Positions 47,065-57,777 of a stretch of DNA of 64,000 nucleotides are shown here, piece after piece. The position numbers and the translations under genes are program-made. This stretch comes from Gemmatimonadaceae bacterium (GTDB lineage Bacteria > Gemmatimonadota > Gemmatimonadetes > Gemmatimonadales > Gemmatimonadaceae): contig JBHYGA010000006.1 of the NCBI GenBank assembly GCA_051859245.1, positions 96,001 to 160,000 of the forward strand, written 5' to 3'. The stretch's first letter is position 1. The number at the start of each line of letters is the position of its first letter. The notes below the pieces were generated by a model. The model made no database searches and was not told where the DNA came from. It worked only from the letters and a program-made list of their open reading frames with translations.

Positions 47065-49337
47065 GCATGCAAGCGGCGCGCGCGACACGGGCAGATATCA
47101 CGCGTGCCGCGCGCGACTTCCGGGCGCTGTTCTGGTCGCGGGAATGGTTTCACCTGAATCAGCGACGAGCGCTGTGGGTGTCCATCGCGTTGGGTCTGAA
47201 CCTTCTCATGTTGGTCACCGATGTGGGCTGGACGTCGGCACCCATCGTGATCGGCTACGTCAGCTGGCTGCTCGCCGTTGGCGTGCTCGAAGTCATTCGT
47301 CGCCGACTCGATGATCGTGATGTCATCCTCACGTGGAGCGCCATTGCGTGCTGCGTGGATGTGCTGTTCGTGGCCGTCCAGATGTACAACACGGGCGGCG
47401 GTTGGTGGTTGGGTGTGCCATTTCTCGGAATCGTCACCGCAATCGCTGCGACATCGCTGCCGCGCGGTTATGGAATTTCCGTGTTTGTGGCAGCACTTAC
47501 TGCGTGGACGCTGCTGCTGCTATTCCTGCTCGTTGGCGTGCTGCAGCCATTGCCATGGTTCGGATTGCCATCGGTGCAAAACAACGTTGCACTGCTCAGC
47601 ACGCAGTACTTGCTCGGCGGTATGGCGCTCTCCGCGATCTGGACACTGCTGCGAGGGCAAGCCAAACGATCGCGTCGACCACTCGAGTCGTACCGTCGCA
47701 TGGTGGAGGCGTCACCATTCGCGACCTTCACCATGGGACGCGATGGACGGGTACGTGACGTGAATCCGGCGGCACTGCGACTCACTGCGATGCGCGCCGA
47801 TGAGCTGCTGGGTCGCGGCGTACTCCGGTTTGTGAAGACAGAGCAGCAACAGGAAGTCTTGAGGGCATTTGAACGCACGCTGGCGGGTGAGACATCGCGA
47901 ATCGAACACGGGTTCCATTGTGGCGATGGCGTGGTCCGCTGGTTCAGCGTCACCTACTCACCAATCGACACCGGCAGTGACGATCAGGTCGTGCTCGCCA
48001 TTGCCCAGGATCTCACTGCCGAGCGTAATGCAGCGATTGCGAACGAAGCGTTGCAGCGTGAACTCGCCGAGTCGCGTCGTATGCAGCTGGTGGGACGATT
48101 GGTATCCGGCGTGGCGCACGAACTGAACAACCCGTTGGCTGCGGTCATGTCGTTCACCGAACAATTGTTGCACGAGGCCGCAGATGACGACCAGCGTTTG
48201 GCGTTGAACACGGTACACGAACAGGCCGGGCGCGCGCGCGCCATCGTGCGTGATCTGTTGCAAGTCGTGCGCGATCGCGGCGAGCGAGAGCGGCAGGCGA
48301 TTTCGATCGAGCAGCTGTTGGCATCGTGCGTGAACGCTTTACGGCGCGATGCTGAGCTCGCGCGCGTGGCGATCCGCTCGCAGACGATCAACCCGGGTCC
48401 ACTGGCGATCGCCGACGCCACCGGACTCGCACAAGTCTTCGACAATATTCTCCGGAACGCGCTGCTCGCGTCGCCGCCGATGAGCACGGTGACAACAACG
48501 CTCGACTATCTTCCAGATGGCTGGCGCATCTCAATCAGCGATCAGGGTGCGGGCGTTCCAGAGCACGTGCGGGCGCATTTGTTTGAGCCGTTTTTCACCA
48601 CGCGTTCGCCGGGCGAGGGCACCGGCCTTGGCTTAGCTGTGTCACAGGGAATCGTTGACCAGCACGGCGGCACGCTCGTCCTTGAAGAAACGCCGCGTGA
48701 TTCCGGTCTCGGCGCCACCTTTACCGTGTTCCTGCCCGCCCGGCTGGCCGATCGAAACGAAACGGGTGAGCCGTCGGTTCTTTCGGCATCGCGCGAGATC
48801 ACCGACCCTTTCCCGATGTCTGTTTCGGAGTCCGCAGTGAGTCAAATCCCGTGCCTGTTGCTGATCGATGACGAAGCCGCCATTCGCATGGCGCTCGAAC
48901 GGTTTTTGACGCGTCGCGGATGGCGCGTGGAAACGTGTGCGTCGGGAATCGAAGGGCGCGACGCACTCATGGCCGCAGACGCGGACTCGCGGTACAACGC
49001 CATTGTGTGTGATCTGAAAATGCCAGGCATGACCGGCATCGAACTCTACCGACATCTCGAAGCCAACCGTCCAGCATTGATCGACAAACTGATCTTTGCG
49101 ACTGGTGACGTCGCCTCGCAGGATGTCGCCCTGTTTCTCGAGTCAGTGCGTTGTCCGGTGCTCGAGAAACCATTCTCGCTCGCGAGTCTGGCGGAACTTC
49201 TTGAATCGCGACGCGCCGCTGCCACGCCGCACGCTGCCACGCCGCACGCTGCCACGCAGCACGCAGCTGCGAGTGCGGTGCCCGTTACGGCCGCAGCCAA
49301 TGATCCCGGCGCTCCCGCACCCACTCGTCATCAGTAA
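47061..49337 (+). CDS. Membrane hybrid histidine kinase (TM-PAS-HisKA-HATPase-REC)
   Basis: About 6 TM helices; VNPAA PAS; GVAHELNNPL; DQGAG, FEPFFTT, GTGLGL; REC IDDE, CDLKMP, EKPF. Confidence 0.9.
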   Translation: MSMQAARATRADITRAARDFRALFWSREWFHLNQRRALWVSIALGLNLLMLVTDVGWTSAPIVIGYVSWLLAVGVLEVIRRRLDDRDVILTWSAIACCVDVLFVAVQMYNTGGGWWLGVPFLGIVTAIAATSLPRGYGISVFVAALTAWTLLLLFLLVGVLQPLPWFGLPSVQNNVALLSTQYLLGGMALSAIWTLLRGQAKRSRRPLESYRRMVEASPFATFTMGRDGRVRDVNPAALRLTAMRADELLGRGVLRFVKTEQQQEVLRAFERTLAGETSRIEHGFHCGDGVVRWFSVTYSPIDTGSDDQVVLAIAQDLTAERNAAIANEALQRELAESRRMQLVGRLVSGVAHELNNPLAAVMSFTEQLLHEAADDDQRLALNTVHEQAGRARAIVRDLLQVVRDRGERERQAISIEQLLASCVNALRRDAELARVAIRSQTINPGPLAIADATGLAQVFDNILRNALLASPPMSTVTTTLDYLPDGWRISISDQGAGVPEHVRAHLFEPFFTTRSPGEGTGLGLAVSQGIVDQHGGTLVLEETPRDSGLGATFTVFLPARLADRNETGEPSVLSASREITDPFPMSVSESAVSQIPCLLLIDDEAAIRMALERFLTRRGWRVETCASGIEGRDALMAADADSRYNAIVCDLKMPGMTGIELYRHLEANRPALIDKLIFATGDVASQDVALFLESVRCPVLEKPFSLASLAELLESRRAAATPHAATPHAATQHAAASAVPVTAAANDPGAPAPTRHQ
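49218..49262 (+). repeat. 15-bp tandem repeat (GCTGCCACGCCGCAC)x3 encoding AATPH
   Basis: Seen directly in the kinase C-terminal tail; the third copy has one mismatch. Confidence 0.8.
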
Positions 49338-50352
49338 GCTCCGGAAACTGTTGCGCAACGCGGGCGATGGCGTCGGCCTGTCCGTCACTTAGCCGTTCCG
49401 ACGTATCCAGTGTCCACACGCCGCGCACTAGTCCTTGTGCGCGCAGAACCTCGAGGATGCCAGGCAAACACCCGTGAAACTGGTGTGCCGCATCAAAGAT
49501 CGCCGCGTTCGCTGATGTCAGCGACGCGCCGTACGCGAGCAAATCCAGCGGCACATGAGTCGGCACATCGCCACCGCCTGCGCGCCACGCCTTGATCTCG
49601 CCAAGCAGCTGCACGGCACGGTGTGTCCACACCGCCCACTGTCCGAGCAGGCCACCCACAAACGCGCGCGACTCACGCACACCGCCTACCTGCACGGGAA
49701 TGTTGGTCACCAGATCACTGACAATTGCATCGTCGTTGCCAGTATACAACGCGATATCCGTGCGACCACTGTCCGCGACAGCGCGAACTACATCGAGCGT
49801 CGCGTAGCGGTCGAACGGCGCAACCTTGATTGCCACCACACCCGAGATCTCGGCGAACTCACGCCAGAAGCGATACGACAGCGCGCGTCCTCCAACGGCC
49901 GGTTGCAAATAGAAGCCAAAGAGCGGCATGGCTTCGGCAACGCGTGCACAGTGCGTGAGAATGGCCGCATCACTCGCATCGCGCCACGCACCAAGCGAGA
50001 GCAGGCCGCAATGATAACCGAGTTCGCGTGCGATTGCGGCTTCGCGCAGCGCCTGATCGGTTGAACCGATCAGGCCGGCCACGCGAACAAATGGTCGCGC
50101 GTTGTGATGCGCGAGTTGTGCAGTTGCGGTTTCTGCTGCGAGCTGCAGTACCGGGCGGTACAGGCCAACATCGGCGTCGTGAATGCGAAAGCCTGTGGTG
50201 TGCACTCCGACCGCCATGCCGCCAGCGCCTGCGTCTACGTAGTATCGCGTGAGTGCACGCTGATGCTGTTCATCAAGCGTGCGACTTGGCGTGAGCGCCA
50301 ACGGATGTGCGGGAATTACCTGGCCGGCCAGCAACTGTGCTCGAACATTCAC
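49285..50352 (-). CDS. Dihydrodipicolinate synthase-like (class I aldolase) protein
   Basis: VIPAHPLAL, AGGMAVGVHTT, FYLQPAVGG, AIKVAPF (Schiff-base Lys), YTGNDD. Probable GTG start at 50352. Confidence 0.8.
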   Translation of the reverse strand: MNVRAQLLAGQVIPAHPLALTPSRTLDEQHQRALTRYYVDAGAGGMAVGVHTTGFRIHDADVGLYRPVLQLAAETATAQLAHHNARPFVRVAGLIGSTDQALREAAIARELGYHCGLLSLGAWRDASDAAILTHCARVAEAMPLFGFYLQPAVGGRALSYRFWREFAEISGVVAIKVAPFDRYATLDVVRAVADSGRTDIALYTGNDDAIVSDLVTNIPVQVGGVRESRAFVGGLLGQWAVWTHRAVQLLGEIKAWRAGGGDVPTHVPLDLLAYGASLTSANAAIFDAAHQFHGCLPGILEVLRAQGLVRGVWTLDTSERLSDGQADAIARVAQQFPELTDDEWVRERRDHWLRP

Positions 50353-50354
50353 AG

Positions 50355-51398
50355 CTAGTACGCTCCCGATCGCACATCGAATCGTGTGGGTTTGTTCAGT
50401 AACCGGCCACCGCGCGCCACCCACTGCGCGCTATGCGCAATGAGCGTGTCCAGCGACATGCCGTGATATGGCAACACACGCGTCAGGGTATCCACATTCA
50501 CGACCAATGCATCCTCTGATTCTGCGCCCTCGAATATCACATCGCGTTGCAGGTGACGGCCGAGCTGCTCGGCGATGTAGCGAACGGATGCAATCGGGCC
50601 CGACACATTGAGCGCCGGCGCGGTGTTGCTGGCCAGCGCCAGCGCGCGCAACGCCAGCGCGTTCGCATCTCCCTGCCAGATCACGTTCGCAGCTCCTGTT
50701 GCCAGCGCAATCGGCTCACCGTTCAGAATACGCGCCGCGATATCTGTGACCACGCCGTAGCGCAGGTCGCACGCGTAACACAAACGAAACTGCAGTACGC
50801 GCGTACCAAACGCCGATGCGGCGTGCTCAAATACGCGTTCACGACCGATGCAGCTGGCGGCATATTCCCCGTCCGGCACCAAGGCGTGCGATTCTGTGGC
50901 GCCGCCGAGTGCGACCGGAGTTCGCGGATACACGTTACCGGTTGAGAACATCACGATACGAGCGTGCTGATAGCGTTCCGCCACGTGTACGGCCGCAATC
51001 ACATTCTGCGTCCACGCACCGATCGGATTGTTCTGCGTGCCGAACTTTTGCCCCACCAGGTGTAACACGTTCGCGGCGTCAGGAAGTTCTGCGAGCGCGG
51101 TTCGGTTCGTGAGATCCGCGCGCAGCGGTACAACGCCGTGTGCCTGCAACTGCTCCGGCAACGTGGCATCAGTAAATCGCGCGACCGCGTAGACTCGTCG
51201 TGCACCGGCACCCTCACGCGGGATGCCGGCATCATCCAGTGCGCGGCGTGCCATGCGCGCGAGCGACGGGCCCATTTTCCCACCGGCGCCCAGCACGACG
51301 ATATCGCCGTCAATCGATTGCAACGCGAGCCTGACGTCATCGTTCGCTTGCGACAACGCGGTCTCAAGCGCCGCTTCGTCAATCGGCGCGTGTTGCAT
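50355..51398 (-). CDS. NAD-dependent epimerase/dehydratase
   Basis: LGAGGKMG, GQKFG, FSTGNVYP, GEYAASCIGRER, DLRYGV, NVIWQGDAN. Confidence 0.82.
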   Translation of the reverse strand: MQHAPIDEAALETALSQANDDVRLALQSIDGDIVVLGAGGKMGPSLARMARRALDDAGIPREGAGARRVYAVARFTDATLPEQLQAHGVVPLRADLTNRTALAELPDAANVLHLVGQKFGTQNNPIGAWTQNVIAAVHVAERYQHARIVMFSTGNVYPRTPVALGGATESHALVPDGEYAASCIGRERVFEHAASAFGTRVLQFRLCYACDLRYGVVTDIAARILNGEPIALATGAANVIWQGDANALALRALALASNTAPALNVSGPIASVRYIAEQLGRHLQRDVIFEGAESEDALVVNVDTLTRVLPYHGMSLDTLIAHSAQWVARGGRLLNKPTRFDVRSGAY

Positions 51399-52252
51399 CA
51401 GGACGCGTCGACGACGGCTGTGGTAGTCGCGATCGGTGCCGCCGTGCGGTCTCCTGCCTCCGACGCCGATGATGGCGGAATCGTGCCATCTCCAAGCGGT
51501 GGCGGATCGGCCAGGCCGAGCTCGCGCGACAACTCGCGTCGGGCGGCATCAATACGCTGTCGCACATCTTCGCGCAGTCGTGCGGTGTCTTTCAGCGACA
51601 ACCCGTCGGTGGGCACGGGATCAAGCACCACCGCCAGTGCGCGTGCCTTACGAAACTGAAATGTGCCTTTGGCCATCGCGTGTCGCGTGCCGGCAACCGC
51701 GATTGGCAGAATCGGCACGCCTTCCTTGATGGCGAGTCGAAACGCGCCGTCTTTAAACGGCAACATGGCACCGTCGCGTGAGCGCGTTCCCTCGGGAAAA
51801 ATCATCACCGAGACTTTCTTCTCCAGCCGATCACGGCACTGCACCAACGCCTGCACGGCGCTGTCGCGACTGCCGCGCGTGAGCTTGATGTCGCCAGCCA
51901 TCTGCATCATCCAGCCCATGCATGGAATCTTGAACATGGTGTCCTTGCTCAGCCATTTCATTTCCCACGGAAACTTGCTGATCAGAAACACGTCCGCATA
52001 CGACTCGTGGTTGGCCACCACCACGTAGGGTCTGCGCGGATCCTGCGGGGCCGGTCCACGCGTGCCGAAGCGCCAGAACGGGTTCAGTTTGAGCGTGGTG
52101 ACGGCCACGAGGCGGAACGCACGCCCCGCGGCGTAGCGTCCCGCGTCGAACGGTTTGGTGACAGCGTATACAAGAGCGACAATTGGCGTGCCGATGATGA
52201 CTACGATCACCGTCATCGCCCACGTCCACCAGTTACCGATCGTTGCCAGCAT
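51398..52252 (-). CDS. Lysophospholipid acyltransferase (PlsC family)
   Basis: NHESYAD (HxxxxD), FPEGTRS, FKDGAF, PILP. Confidence 0.9.
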   Translation of the reverse strand: MLATIGNWWTWAMTVIVVIIGTPIVALVYAVTKPFDAGRYAAGRAFRLVAVTTLKLNPFWRFGTRGPAPQDPRRPYVVVANHESYADVFLISKFPWEMKWLSKDTMFKIPCMGWMMQMAGDIKLTRGSRDSAVQALVQCRDRLEKKVSVMIFPEGTRSRDGAMLPFKDGAFRLAIKEGVPILPIAVAGTRHAMAKGTFQFRKARALAVVLDPVPTDGLSLKDTARLREDVRQRIDAARRELSRELGLADPPPLGDGTIPPSSASEAGDRTAAPIATTTAVVDAS

Positions 52253-52264
52253 GTCGGTGAAGAC

Positions 52265-52552
52265 TCAGGGCTTGATGTCGGTCGCGGGCGCGATCACGTC
52301 AGCAGGCGCCGAGGTCGCTGCTTGGGCCGCAATTTCCTGCGCGAACTCGCCGGCCAGAAAACCGATTTTCGAGTGCGTGCCGTCGCAGAACGGTTTGCGT
52401 GACGACGCACCGCAGCGGCACAGCGAGAGCGGCTTCCCTTCGGGCGGCTTGGGGATCTCGTTCCCTTCGTGATCGACGAGACGCACGTTCGGTGCGTCAT
52501 CAGCGGTAATGAAGAGCGATCCAGTCTTGCGAACGGTAATCGTGATGGTCAT
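52265..52552 (-). CDS. CDGSH iron-sulfur domain protein
   Basis: LCRCGASSRKPFCDGTH; ATG at 52552. Confidence 0.9.
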   Translation of the reverse strand: MTITITVRKTGSLFITADDAPNVRLVDHEGNEIPKPPEGKPLSLCRCGASSRKPFCDGTHSKIGFLAGEFAQEIAAQAATSAPADVIAPATDIKP

Positions 52553-52610
52553 GAGGTCGTGTAATAAGGAACGCGCGACCGGGAGCGGTCGCACAATGCT
52601 GTGGGGTCGT

Positions 52611-53060
52611 TCAGGGCGCCGTGTGTTGTGCCACCGCTTCGGCCGCGTGTCGCTGAATGCGTCGCACCATGGCTGAAAGGCCCGCCTCGCGCGCACCCAG
52701 ACCGATGCTCTCCATGAGCGTTCGGACAAAATCGGGTGGCAGCGCGAGAGCGACCTCCGGCGGCTGATCGTTCACTGCGGAAAAGGTAATCGACAAGACA
52801 GCAGCCACCGTTGGCGACTGCCGAACATTTACGTCGGCCCAGAAGTGCATCGTGCCGTCAGGCTGCCGCTCCGGAAACAGGTCCACCCGGGTTTGGCACT
52901 CCGGTACGGTGAAGGCTTCCCGATCCAGCGCCGCAAATCGCTCGGGCAGGGGCTCAAGCTTTTTGGCGTGGCTAAGCAGTGCCTGCATGCGGGTTTCGCG
53001 GTCCATGGCGCGAAAACGCTCGAGGGTACGGGCAATTGTGGGCGGCAGCGGAGAAGACAT
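52611..53060 (-). CDS. SufE-family Fe-S sulfur acceptor
   Basis: LLSHAKKLEPLP, VPECQTRV (acceptor Cys), REAGLSAM. Confidence 0.82.
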   Translation of the reverse strand: MSSPLPPTIARTLERFRAMDRETRMQALLSHAKKLEPLPERFAALDREAFTVPECQTRVDLFPERQPDGTMHFWADVNVRQSPTVAAVLSITFSAVNDQPPEVALALPPDFVRTLMESIGLGAREAGLSAMVRRIQRHAAEAVAQHTAP

Positions 53061-53172
53061 CCCGAATGCAAGCGGTTTGGCGGCGAGGGGTCAACCACAT
53101 TTACGGAACCCGGGAACCTGAATCCGTTGTGCGTAGTAGGTTCACAGGAACGTCTCACCTCAGCGCCTGCCC

Positions 53173-54093
53173 ATGCTTATTCGTCGACCTGCCGATATCC
53201 CGTCCTCGGAAATCACGCCCGAGTCTGACTACATCAACCGTCGCAGCTTCATGGGTGCGGCTGGCGCACTGGCGCTGGCTGGCCTCGCCGCGCCGTCTGT
53301 TTTGTCGGCGACGGGTTCGCCCGCGAGGGCGCAAGACGACAAGGTGACCTCGGAAGAAGACGCCACCAGCTACAACAACTTTTACGAGTTCGGATTGGGG
53401 AAGGATGATCCCAAGCGCTACGCCGGCTCGCTGAAGACGGTGCCGTGGACCGTGGCCGTGGACGGTCTCGTCAAAGCTCCCAAGCGATGGGACCTGAACC
53501 AGCTGCTGGCCGGTCTCGCGGTTGAAGACCGCACGTATCGCCATCGCTGCGTGGAGGCCTGGTCCATGGTGATCCCGTGGCGCGGCGTGAGGCTGCGCGA
53601 TGTATTGGCACGCCTGGAGCCCCTGCCGAGCGCAAAGTTCGTGGAGTTCACCACGCTGCTCGACCCGCGACAGATGCCGGGTCAGCGTTCGAGTTCGTCA
53701 TTGGCCTGGCCGTACCGTGAAGGGCTGCGTCTCGACGAAGCCATGCACCCGCTCACGCTGCTCGCCACGGGCATGTACGGTAAGCCGATGCCGAACCAGA
53801 ACGGAGCGCCGCTGCGCCTTGTGGTGCCGTGGAAGTACGGGTTCAAAGGCATCAAGTCGATCGTGAGCATCAAGCTGACCGACAAAATGCCGAGCACCAG
53901 CTGGAGCGACTCGATTCCGAGCGAGTACGGCTTCTACGCCAACGTGAACCCCACGGTGGACCATCCGCGCTGGACGCAGGCGAAGGAACGCCGTATTGGC
54001 GAGTTCCTGCGCCGCAATACGCTCATGTTCAACGGGTACGCGAACGAAGTGGCGTCGCTCTATGCGGGCATGGATCTGCGCAAGTTCTACTGA
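53173..54093 (+). CDS. msrP: Protein-methionine-sulfoxide reductase catalytic subunit
   Basis: SEITPE, Tat [59 protein letters not shown]. Confidence 0.96.
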   Translation: MLIRRPADIPSSEITPESDYINRRSFMGAAGALALAGLAAPSVLSATGSPARAQDDKVTSEEDATSYNNFYEFGLGKDDPKRYAGSLKTVPWTVAVDGLVKAPKRWDLNQLLAGLAVEDRTYRHRCVEAWSMVIPWRGVRLRDVLARLEPLPSAKFVEFTTLLDPRQMPGQRSSSSLAWPYREGLRLDEAMHPLTLLATGMYGKPMPNQNGAPLRLVVPWKYGFKGIKSIVSIKLTDKMPSTSWSDSIPSEYGFYANVNPTVDHPRWTQAKERRIGEFLRRNTLMFNGYANEVASLYAGMDLRKFY

Positions 54094-54122
54094 GCGCGCA
54101 CTGACTGTCGAGACATTCGTCC

Positions 54123-54752
54123 ATGGCTGATCCCGTCGCGCGCCGCGCGGTGCGCGTGCTCGTCTGGCTCGCCGTGCTCGGCCCCATTCCATGGCTCGCC
54201 TGGCTCGCGTACTCGGGCGGGCTCGGCGCGAATCCGATTGAGTTCCTGCAGCACCGCACCGGGCACTACGCGATTCGGCTGCTCGCCGCGTCACTGTTTA
54301 TCACGCCGCTGCGCGTGATCACCGGGTGGGGCTGGCTGGTGGCGCATCGTCGCACGCTCGGCCTGGCCGCATTCTTCTGGGCGATCACGCACCTATGCGT
54401 GTACGTGGGCCTCGATCTGTTCTTCGACGTTGGCCAGTTTCTCGACGATGTGGTGAAGCGGCGCTACATCACGGTTGGCATGCTGGCCATCGCGCTGCTC
54501 ACGCCGCTCGCCATCACGTCCACCAAAGCTTGGATCAAGCGTCTCGGAGGTGCGCGCTGGAATAAGCTGCACCGTCTGGTCTATCTGGCCATGATCGCGG
54601 CCACCGCGCACTACCTCTGGGCCGTGAAGAAGGACATCACCACGCCGGTGATCTACTTCGTGGTCGTCGCCCTGCTGCTGGGTTTCCGACTGTACATGCG
54701 CGGACGGCGCGCCCGCACGGCGCGCGAGTCGGCCAGAGAAGTGACGGCCTAG
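54123..54752 (+). CDS. msrQ: Protein-methionine-sulfoxide reductase heme-binding subunit
   Basis: GANPIE, RRTLGL, KRRYITVG, PLAITS, WNKLHRLVY. Confidence 0.93.
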   Translation: MADPVARRAVRVLVWLAVLGPIPWLAWLAYSGGLGANPIEFLQHRTGHYAIRLLAASLFITPLRVITGWGWLVAHRRTLGLAAFFWAITHLCVYVGLDLFFDVGQFLDDVVKRRYITVGMLAIALLTPLAITSTKAWIKRLGGARWNKLHRLVYLAMIAATAHYLWAVKKDITTPVIYFVVVALLLGFRLYMRGRRARTARESAREVTA

Positions 54753-54939
54753 GGAGTGTAATGGGGCGTTGACGCAGTCTCGGGACGTGACGGTGCGGCC
54801 AATCCGCGCGTCCCTGCTGCACATGAGGTCGCCAGGCGACGTTCAACGGAGCGAACGCGCGTCTGAACCGACTGACTTCCCCAACTGCCTCGGCGCTCGC
54901 TCCGTGAGCGCCACCACCCACCCGTTCGCCGCCGAACGC

Positions 54940-57777
54940 ATGACGTTACCCGCCGCGGAGCGTCTCACGCCCCGCCGATCAGGCCCCTATCCGTCACTGA
55001 ATAGCCTGACGCCTTCCCAGGGCGTCCCGCTCATTGAACCCCCCGCCGAGCCGACCCGGCTTGAAACGGGGTTGCTGGCAGCGTTGGTGGGTGCCTCGGC
55101 GCTCGTGTGTACATGGCTGGCGACGAACGCGAATCATCTGCACCCGTCGCACCCCGTCGTGGCCTTTGCGCCCGTGGCCGTCCAGATCGCCGCGATGATG
55201 CTGGGATGTCACACGGCGATGGCCCGTTTCCTCGACCGCGGCACGCGTCGCTTCTGGGCGTTCGTGGCCAGCAGTCAGGTGATGATGCTCGTGGGCGCGG
55301 TGGTGTCGTTTGTGGCGTGGCACAATGGTGATGCCGCCGCGGCGACACGCGCGCTCACAATTGGCGCGCTCGCCAGCCAGCCGCTGTTGTTTGCGGGTTT
55401 GCTGCAACTCTCGGCAGCGCCCAAAACACGTTTGGACCGATCCAAGTTCGCGCTCGACATCGCAACGATTACCGGCGGCGGATTGCTGGTGATCTGGTAC
55501 GATTTGCGGCGTCCGTTGGTCGAAGGCATTGATCTGGCCGCGTTTGATATCGTGACGGTGCACGCGGCCGCGATCGGCGATCTCATTCTGCTTTTGACGG
55601 CGTCGATTCTCTGGCGCCGTACCACGAGCCATACACGCGCGAATGTAATGGTCGTGCTCGCGCTCGGTCTGCTGGTGTACTTCCTGTCGGACATCGCGGC
55701 GATTGTCACGCTCCACCAGACGGGGCAGCGTCCGTTGTGGCTGCTCGCGGCAGCGCCCGCAGCAGCGTGTCTCGTAGCCGGTGCCGCGTGGTTGCAGCGC
55801 ACGACTGCGGCGATCATTGAGCCACGATCGGTCACGGTTGATGTTGGCACGATGGCCGGGCTGAGCGTGATTCCATTTGTTGCGGTGCTCCCCGGTTTTG
55901 GCTTGTTGCTCAAAGCCGCGAATGAAAGCGGCGTGCAGCCACTCGCCGGACTGGTGGTCGGCGCGGTGCTCGTTACGGCGATCACCTTTGCGCGCCAGGT
56001 AACGTCAACGCGCGAAACCGTTCGCATCCTTTCCGAAGCGTCCGCACGCGAAAACGAAGCGCGCTTTCGTGCGCTCGTGCAGAACTCAAGCGACGTTATT
56101 GCGATCCTCGAACCCGACAGCACGATTCGTTTCTTGTCGCCGTCGGCACGCACCGTTTTGGGACACGATCCCAAGCGTCTCGTGGGTACGCGCATTCTCG
56201 ACCTGCTGCATCCAGACGATGAGCCTGGAGCACGACAGTTCCTCGCGGAACTTGCGTCGGGTGGTCCGTCCGGCACGCGCGGTTCGCTCACACGTGAGTG
56301 GCGTCTGGCGCACGCCAACGGCAGCTGGCTTACCGTCGACAATGTGGGCACCAATCTGCTCGACGAAACCACGGTGCAGGGCCTGGTGCTGAACACGCGT
56401 GATGTGACGGAGCGTCGCATCATGGAAGAGCAGTACATGCATCAGGCGTTTCATGATCCGCTTACGGATCTCGCGAACCGTTCGCTCTTTCTGTATCAGG
56501 TTGGCCATGCGCTCGCACGTGGTGTCCGCCACAACGAAACGGTCACCGTTCTCTTTCTCGATCTCGACAACTTCAAGAACGTCAACGATTCCCTCGGCCA
56601 TGCCGCGGGTGATCGTCTGCTTGTGGAAGCGGCACGTCGACTCTCCGCCTGTGTGCGCGATAGCGATCTGATTGCACGTCTCGGTGGCGACGAGTTTGCT
56701 GTGCTGATTGAAAGCACCGACGACGCGGACGAAGTGCTGAATATGGCGGAACGCATTGTTGCCGCACTTGGGCGCGCGTTTGTGGTGAACGGCAAAGAAG
56801 TGTTTGTCAGTGCGTCCATTGGCATTGCGCGAACAGAAGATGGGGCGACCTCCGACGAACTGGTGCGAAACGCCGACGTCGCGATGTACATCGCGAAGAC
56901 ACGCGGCAAGGGACGCTACGTGTTGTTTGAGCCAGTGATGCACGCCGCCGCGCTTGAGCGACTCGATCTCGAAGCGGATCTGCGTCGCGCCACGGAGCGT
57001 GGAGAGTTCTTCCTCGAATATCAGCCGATCATTGCAATGAGCAGCGGCGAAATCTGCGGAACGGAAGCGTTGGTGCGCTGGCGTCGATCGGGCCGCGGGA
57101 CGGTTCCGCCGAGCGTCTTCATTCCGGTGGCGGAAGAGACGGGCATGATTGTGGAGATTGGGCGTTGGGTGCTGCGCGAGGCGTGTCGCCAGGGGCATCG
57201 TTGGGAGCAGGATCGCGGGGCGCCGGTGCGTGTGACGGTGAACTTGTCAGGGCGGCAGTTGCAGGATCCGGGTATTGTGGAGGACGTGCGCGACGCGCTG
57301 CTGGAGTCTGGCTTCACGCCAGCCGACTTGGTCCTCGAGATCACGGAGAGTATCCTCATGCATCACGTGGAAGTCTCATTGCTTCGTCTCACGCAACTCA
57401 AGGAGTTGGGTGTGTCGCTGGCGATTGACGACTTTGGCACCGGATACTCGTCGCTCAGTTATCTGCAACGCTATCCAATCGACATTCTCAAGATCGACAA
57501 GGCATTTGTGGACACGATTGACAAAGGCGGCGACGGCGCAGTGCTCGCGAGCGCCATCGTGGCGCTCGGCGAAACGTTGCGGCTTGATACCGTTGCCGAA
57601 GGCATCGAAACCGAAGCACAGCGCGGAATGCTCATGGAACTGGGCTGCGAGTTCGGTCAGGGATTCCTGTTTGCGCCGCCACTCAGCGCCGAAGATTTGA
57701 GCGTGCTTATGCGCGTGCGCGGGACTCGCGTGAAGGAAACACTGCGTCGTCGCCATGGCGTCGCGGTCGGAGTCTAG
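54940..57777 (+). CDS. Membrane PAS-GGDEF-EAL diguanylate cyclase/phosphodiesterase
   Basis: Multiple TM helices; PAS; HDPLT, DLDNFK, RDSD I-site, RLGGDEF; EAL, LEITE, IDDFGTGYSSL, VAEGIE. Start uncertain. Confidence 0.92.
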   Translation: MTLPAAERLTPRRSGPYPSLNSLTPSQGVPLIEPPAEPTRLETGLLAALVGASALVCTWLATNANHLHPSHPVVAFAPVAVQIAAMMLGCHTAMARFLDRGTRRFWAFVASSQVMMLVGAVVSFVAWHNGDAAAATRALTIGALASQPLLFAGLLQLSAAPKTRLDRSKFALDIATITGGGLLVIWYDLRRPLVEGIDLAAFDIVTVHAAAIGDLILLLTASILWRRTTSHTRANVMVVLALGLLVYFLSDIAAIVTLHQTGQRPLWLLAAAPAAACLVAGAAWLQRTTAAIIEPRSVTVDVGTMAGLSVIPFVAVLPGFGLLLKAANESGVQPLAGLVVGAVLVTAITFARQVTSTRETVRILSEASARENEARFRALVQNSSDVIAILEPDSTIRFLSPSARTVLGHDPKRLVGTRILDLLHPDDEPGARQFLAELASGGPSGTRGSLTREWRLAHANGSWLTVDNVGTNLLDETTVQGLVLNTRDVTERRIMEEQYMHQAFHDPLTDLANRSLFLYQVGHALARGVRHNETVTVLFLDLDNFKNVNDSLGHAAGDRLLVEAARRLSACVRDSDLIARLGGDEFAVLIESTDDADEVLNMAERIVAALGRAFVVNGKEVFVSASIGIARTEDGATSDELVRNADVAMYIAKTRGKGRYVLFEPVMHAAALERLDLEADLRRATERGEFFLEYQPIIAMSSGEICGTEALVRWRRSGRGTVPPSVFIPVAEETGMIVEIGRWVLREACRQGHRWEQDRGAPVRVTVNLSGRQLQDPGIVEDVRDALLESGFTPADLVLEITESILMHHVEVSLLRLTQLKELGVSLAIDDFGTGYSSLSYLQRYPIDILKIDKAFVDTIDKGGDGAVLASAIVALGETLRLDTVAEGIETEAQRGMLMELGCEFGQGFLFAPPLSAEDLSVLMRVRGTRVKETLRRRHGVAVGV

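Noticed and set aside
36596..49262. Short tandem repeats (36596-36636 and 49218-49262) as CRISPR or phase-variation elements
   Set aside because: In-frame 12- and 15-bp units in low-complexity linkers, with no spacers or cas genes.
53105..53138. ECF-sigma promoter (GGAAC...CGTT) upstream of msrP
   Set aside because: Spacers are 14-15 nt rather than the usual 16-17, so it is not called as a feature.
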